Notes under the pieces: model-generated
Database searches by the model: none
What the model was told of the DNA's origin: nothing
Seen by the model: only the letters and a program-made list of their open reading frames with translations
Made by a program: the position numbers and the translations under genes
In this document: positions 35,128 to 36,089 of the stretch, in pieces
Layout of the letters: each line of letters opens with the position of its first letter
Position numbering within the stretch: the stretch's first letter is position 1
Origin: a virus
Taxonomy: Duplodnaviria; Caudoviricetes
DNA length: 36,089 bases
IMG/VR virus record: IMGVR_UViG_3300026983_000007
Span: 1-36,089 of that record
Direction: 5' to 3' (one strand)

Positions 35128-35633
35128 GCATGGATATCCGAGCCTTCGTTACCGGTCCGCTGGCGCAGGCCTATGCCTTACTGCCGGCCAAGATGGACAG
35201 CCGTGCCGCCAGCATCCAGGTCATCGCCACGTGCTTGCAGGAATCGGGCCTCGTGCATCGCGTACAGTTTGGCGGCGGTCCGGCGCATGGCCTGGCGCAG
35301 TTCGAGCTTGGTAGGCCCGGCATGGGGTCGGGCGTCACGGGGGTGTATGAGCATCCCGCGTCCCGGGAAGCCTTGCGCACTGTCTGCCAAGCCCGTGGCG
35401 TGGACTTCGCCCCCGTCGCCATCTGGAACGCGCTGGTAACGGATGACGTGCTCGCCATGGCGCTGGCACGGCTCGGGTATTGGACCAACACCAAGCCCAT
35501 GCCAGTGGTAGGCGATGGTGACGGCGCATGGAACTACTACCTTGCCACCTGGCATCCCGGCAAGCCGCGAAAGGCGGATTGGGCTGGAAACTACGCGGCA
35601 GCGATGAACGCGATCCCGGAGGATGGCCCATGA
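35124..35633 (+). CDS. Endolysin (lysozyme-like fold)
   Basis: LQESG...GPAHGLAQFE, YYLATWHPGKP; starts lysis module; GGAG RBS. Confidence 0.75.
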   Translation: MSMDIRAFVTGPLAQAYALLPAKMDSRAASIQVIATCLQESGLVHRVQFGGGPAHGLAQFELGRPGMGSGVTGVYEHPASREALRTVCQARGVDFAPVAIWNALVTDDVLAMALARLGYWTNTKPMPVVGDGDGAWNYYLATWHPGKPRKADWAGNYAAAMNAIPEDGP

Positions 35634-35857
35634 CGTGGTGGCAGTGGGTGATTAATATTGCGCTCGGCTTGCTGGTGCCGTTTTGCGGATGGCTGGTAGC
35701 GGCGATCCATTCACAGCGGCGGGAGCTGGATGCGCTCAAGCTGTACGTGGCTGAGAACTACGCCAAGAACGAAACCATCGACCGTATCGAGACGAAACTG
35801 GACCACCTCAACGAGCTGGTTAACCGCCTCGTGGGAAAACTTAGCGCCACACCATAG
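35630..35857 (+). CDS. Single-TM coiled-coil protein (holin/antiholin-like)
   Basis: GGAGG RBS; WWQWVINIALGLLVPFCGWLV then YAKNETIDRIETKLD. Confidence 0.7.
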   Translation: MTWWQWVINIALGLLVPFCGWLVAAIHSQRRELDALKLYVAENYAKNETIDRIETKLDHLNELVNRLVGKLSATP

Positions 35858-35867
35858 GGACATTTCC

Positions 35868-36089
35868 ATGAGCCACGATGCAGGGGATCGTGACGTAGCC
35901 ATCCAGCTGGCCGAAGCCTTTCAAGGGCTGGACGCCACCATCCGTAAAGCCATGGTCGCGCCAAGCGTGGCGACCAACACTCAGATCATCAAGGTAGACG
36001 CAGGCGGCTTCGGCGTATGGGCGGCCCTGTGGCTCGCCTCCATCTGCTGCGCCGTGATGCTGACGCTGACCTTCGTGTCACGCGCGGAC
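35868..36089 (+). CDS. 5' part of junction-spanning membrane protein (ends at 262)
   Basis: AGGGA RBS; open frame into the terminal repeat. Confidence 0.8.
   Translation, partial: MSHDAGDRDVAIQLAEAFQGLDATIRKAMVAPSVATNTQIIKVDAGGFGVWAALWLASICCAVMLTLTFVSRAD
35957..36089. repeat. Terminal direct repeat / circular overlap, right copy
   Basis: Matches 1-133 with one mismatch. Confidence 0.97.

Overview
The window is an apparently complete, circularly permuted genome of a P22-like (podovirus-type) tailed phage. Bases 1-133 recur at 35957-36089 with one mismatch, giving a unit length of about 35,956 bp, and one gene spans the join. Divergent promoters near 8450-8530 drive two arms. The leftward early arm (minus strand, 8423 to 1147) holds an ERF annealase, a YqaJ-like exonuclease, a NinB-like gene, an HNH-like gene and many small ORFs. 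The rightward arm holds a Cro-like HTH, a SF2 helicase, a DNA methyltransferase, a replication initiator with iteron-like repeats and RusA. It continues through TerS, TerL, portal, scaffold, major capsid, adaptor, gp10-like hub, a 2OG-Fe(II) oxygenase, a GNAT, three ejection proteins, four tail/adhesin genes and the lysis module. The arms meet at a bidirectional terminator near 1089-1119. No integrase or CI-type repressor is recognisable. The most unusual structure is a pair of early-gene clusters (about 1362-2762 and 6812-7924) built from the same ordered set of short, near-identical coding repeats separated by unrelated variable segments. This looks like a repeat-mediated mini-domain shuffling system flanking the phage's own recombination genes. 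Several candidate structured RNAs are also present. All product calls rest on motif recognition and gene order; no searches were run. A Xanthomonadales-like host is a weak inference only.
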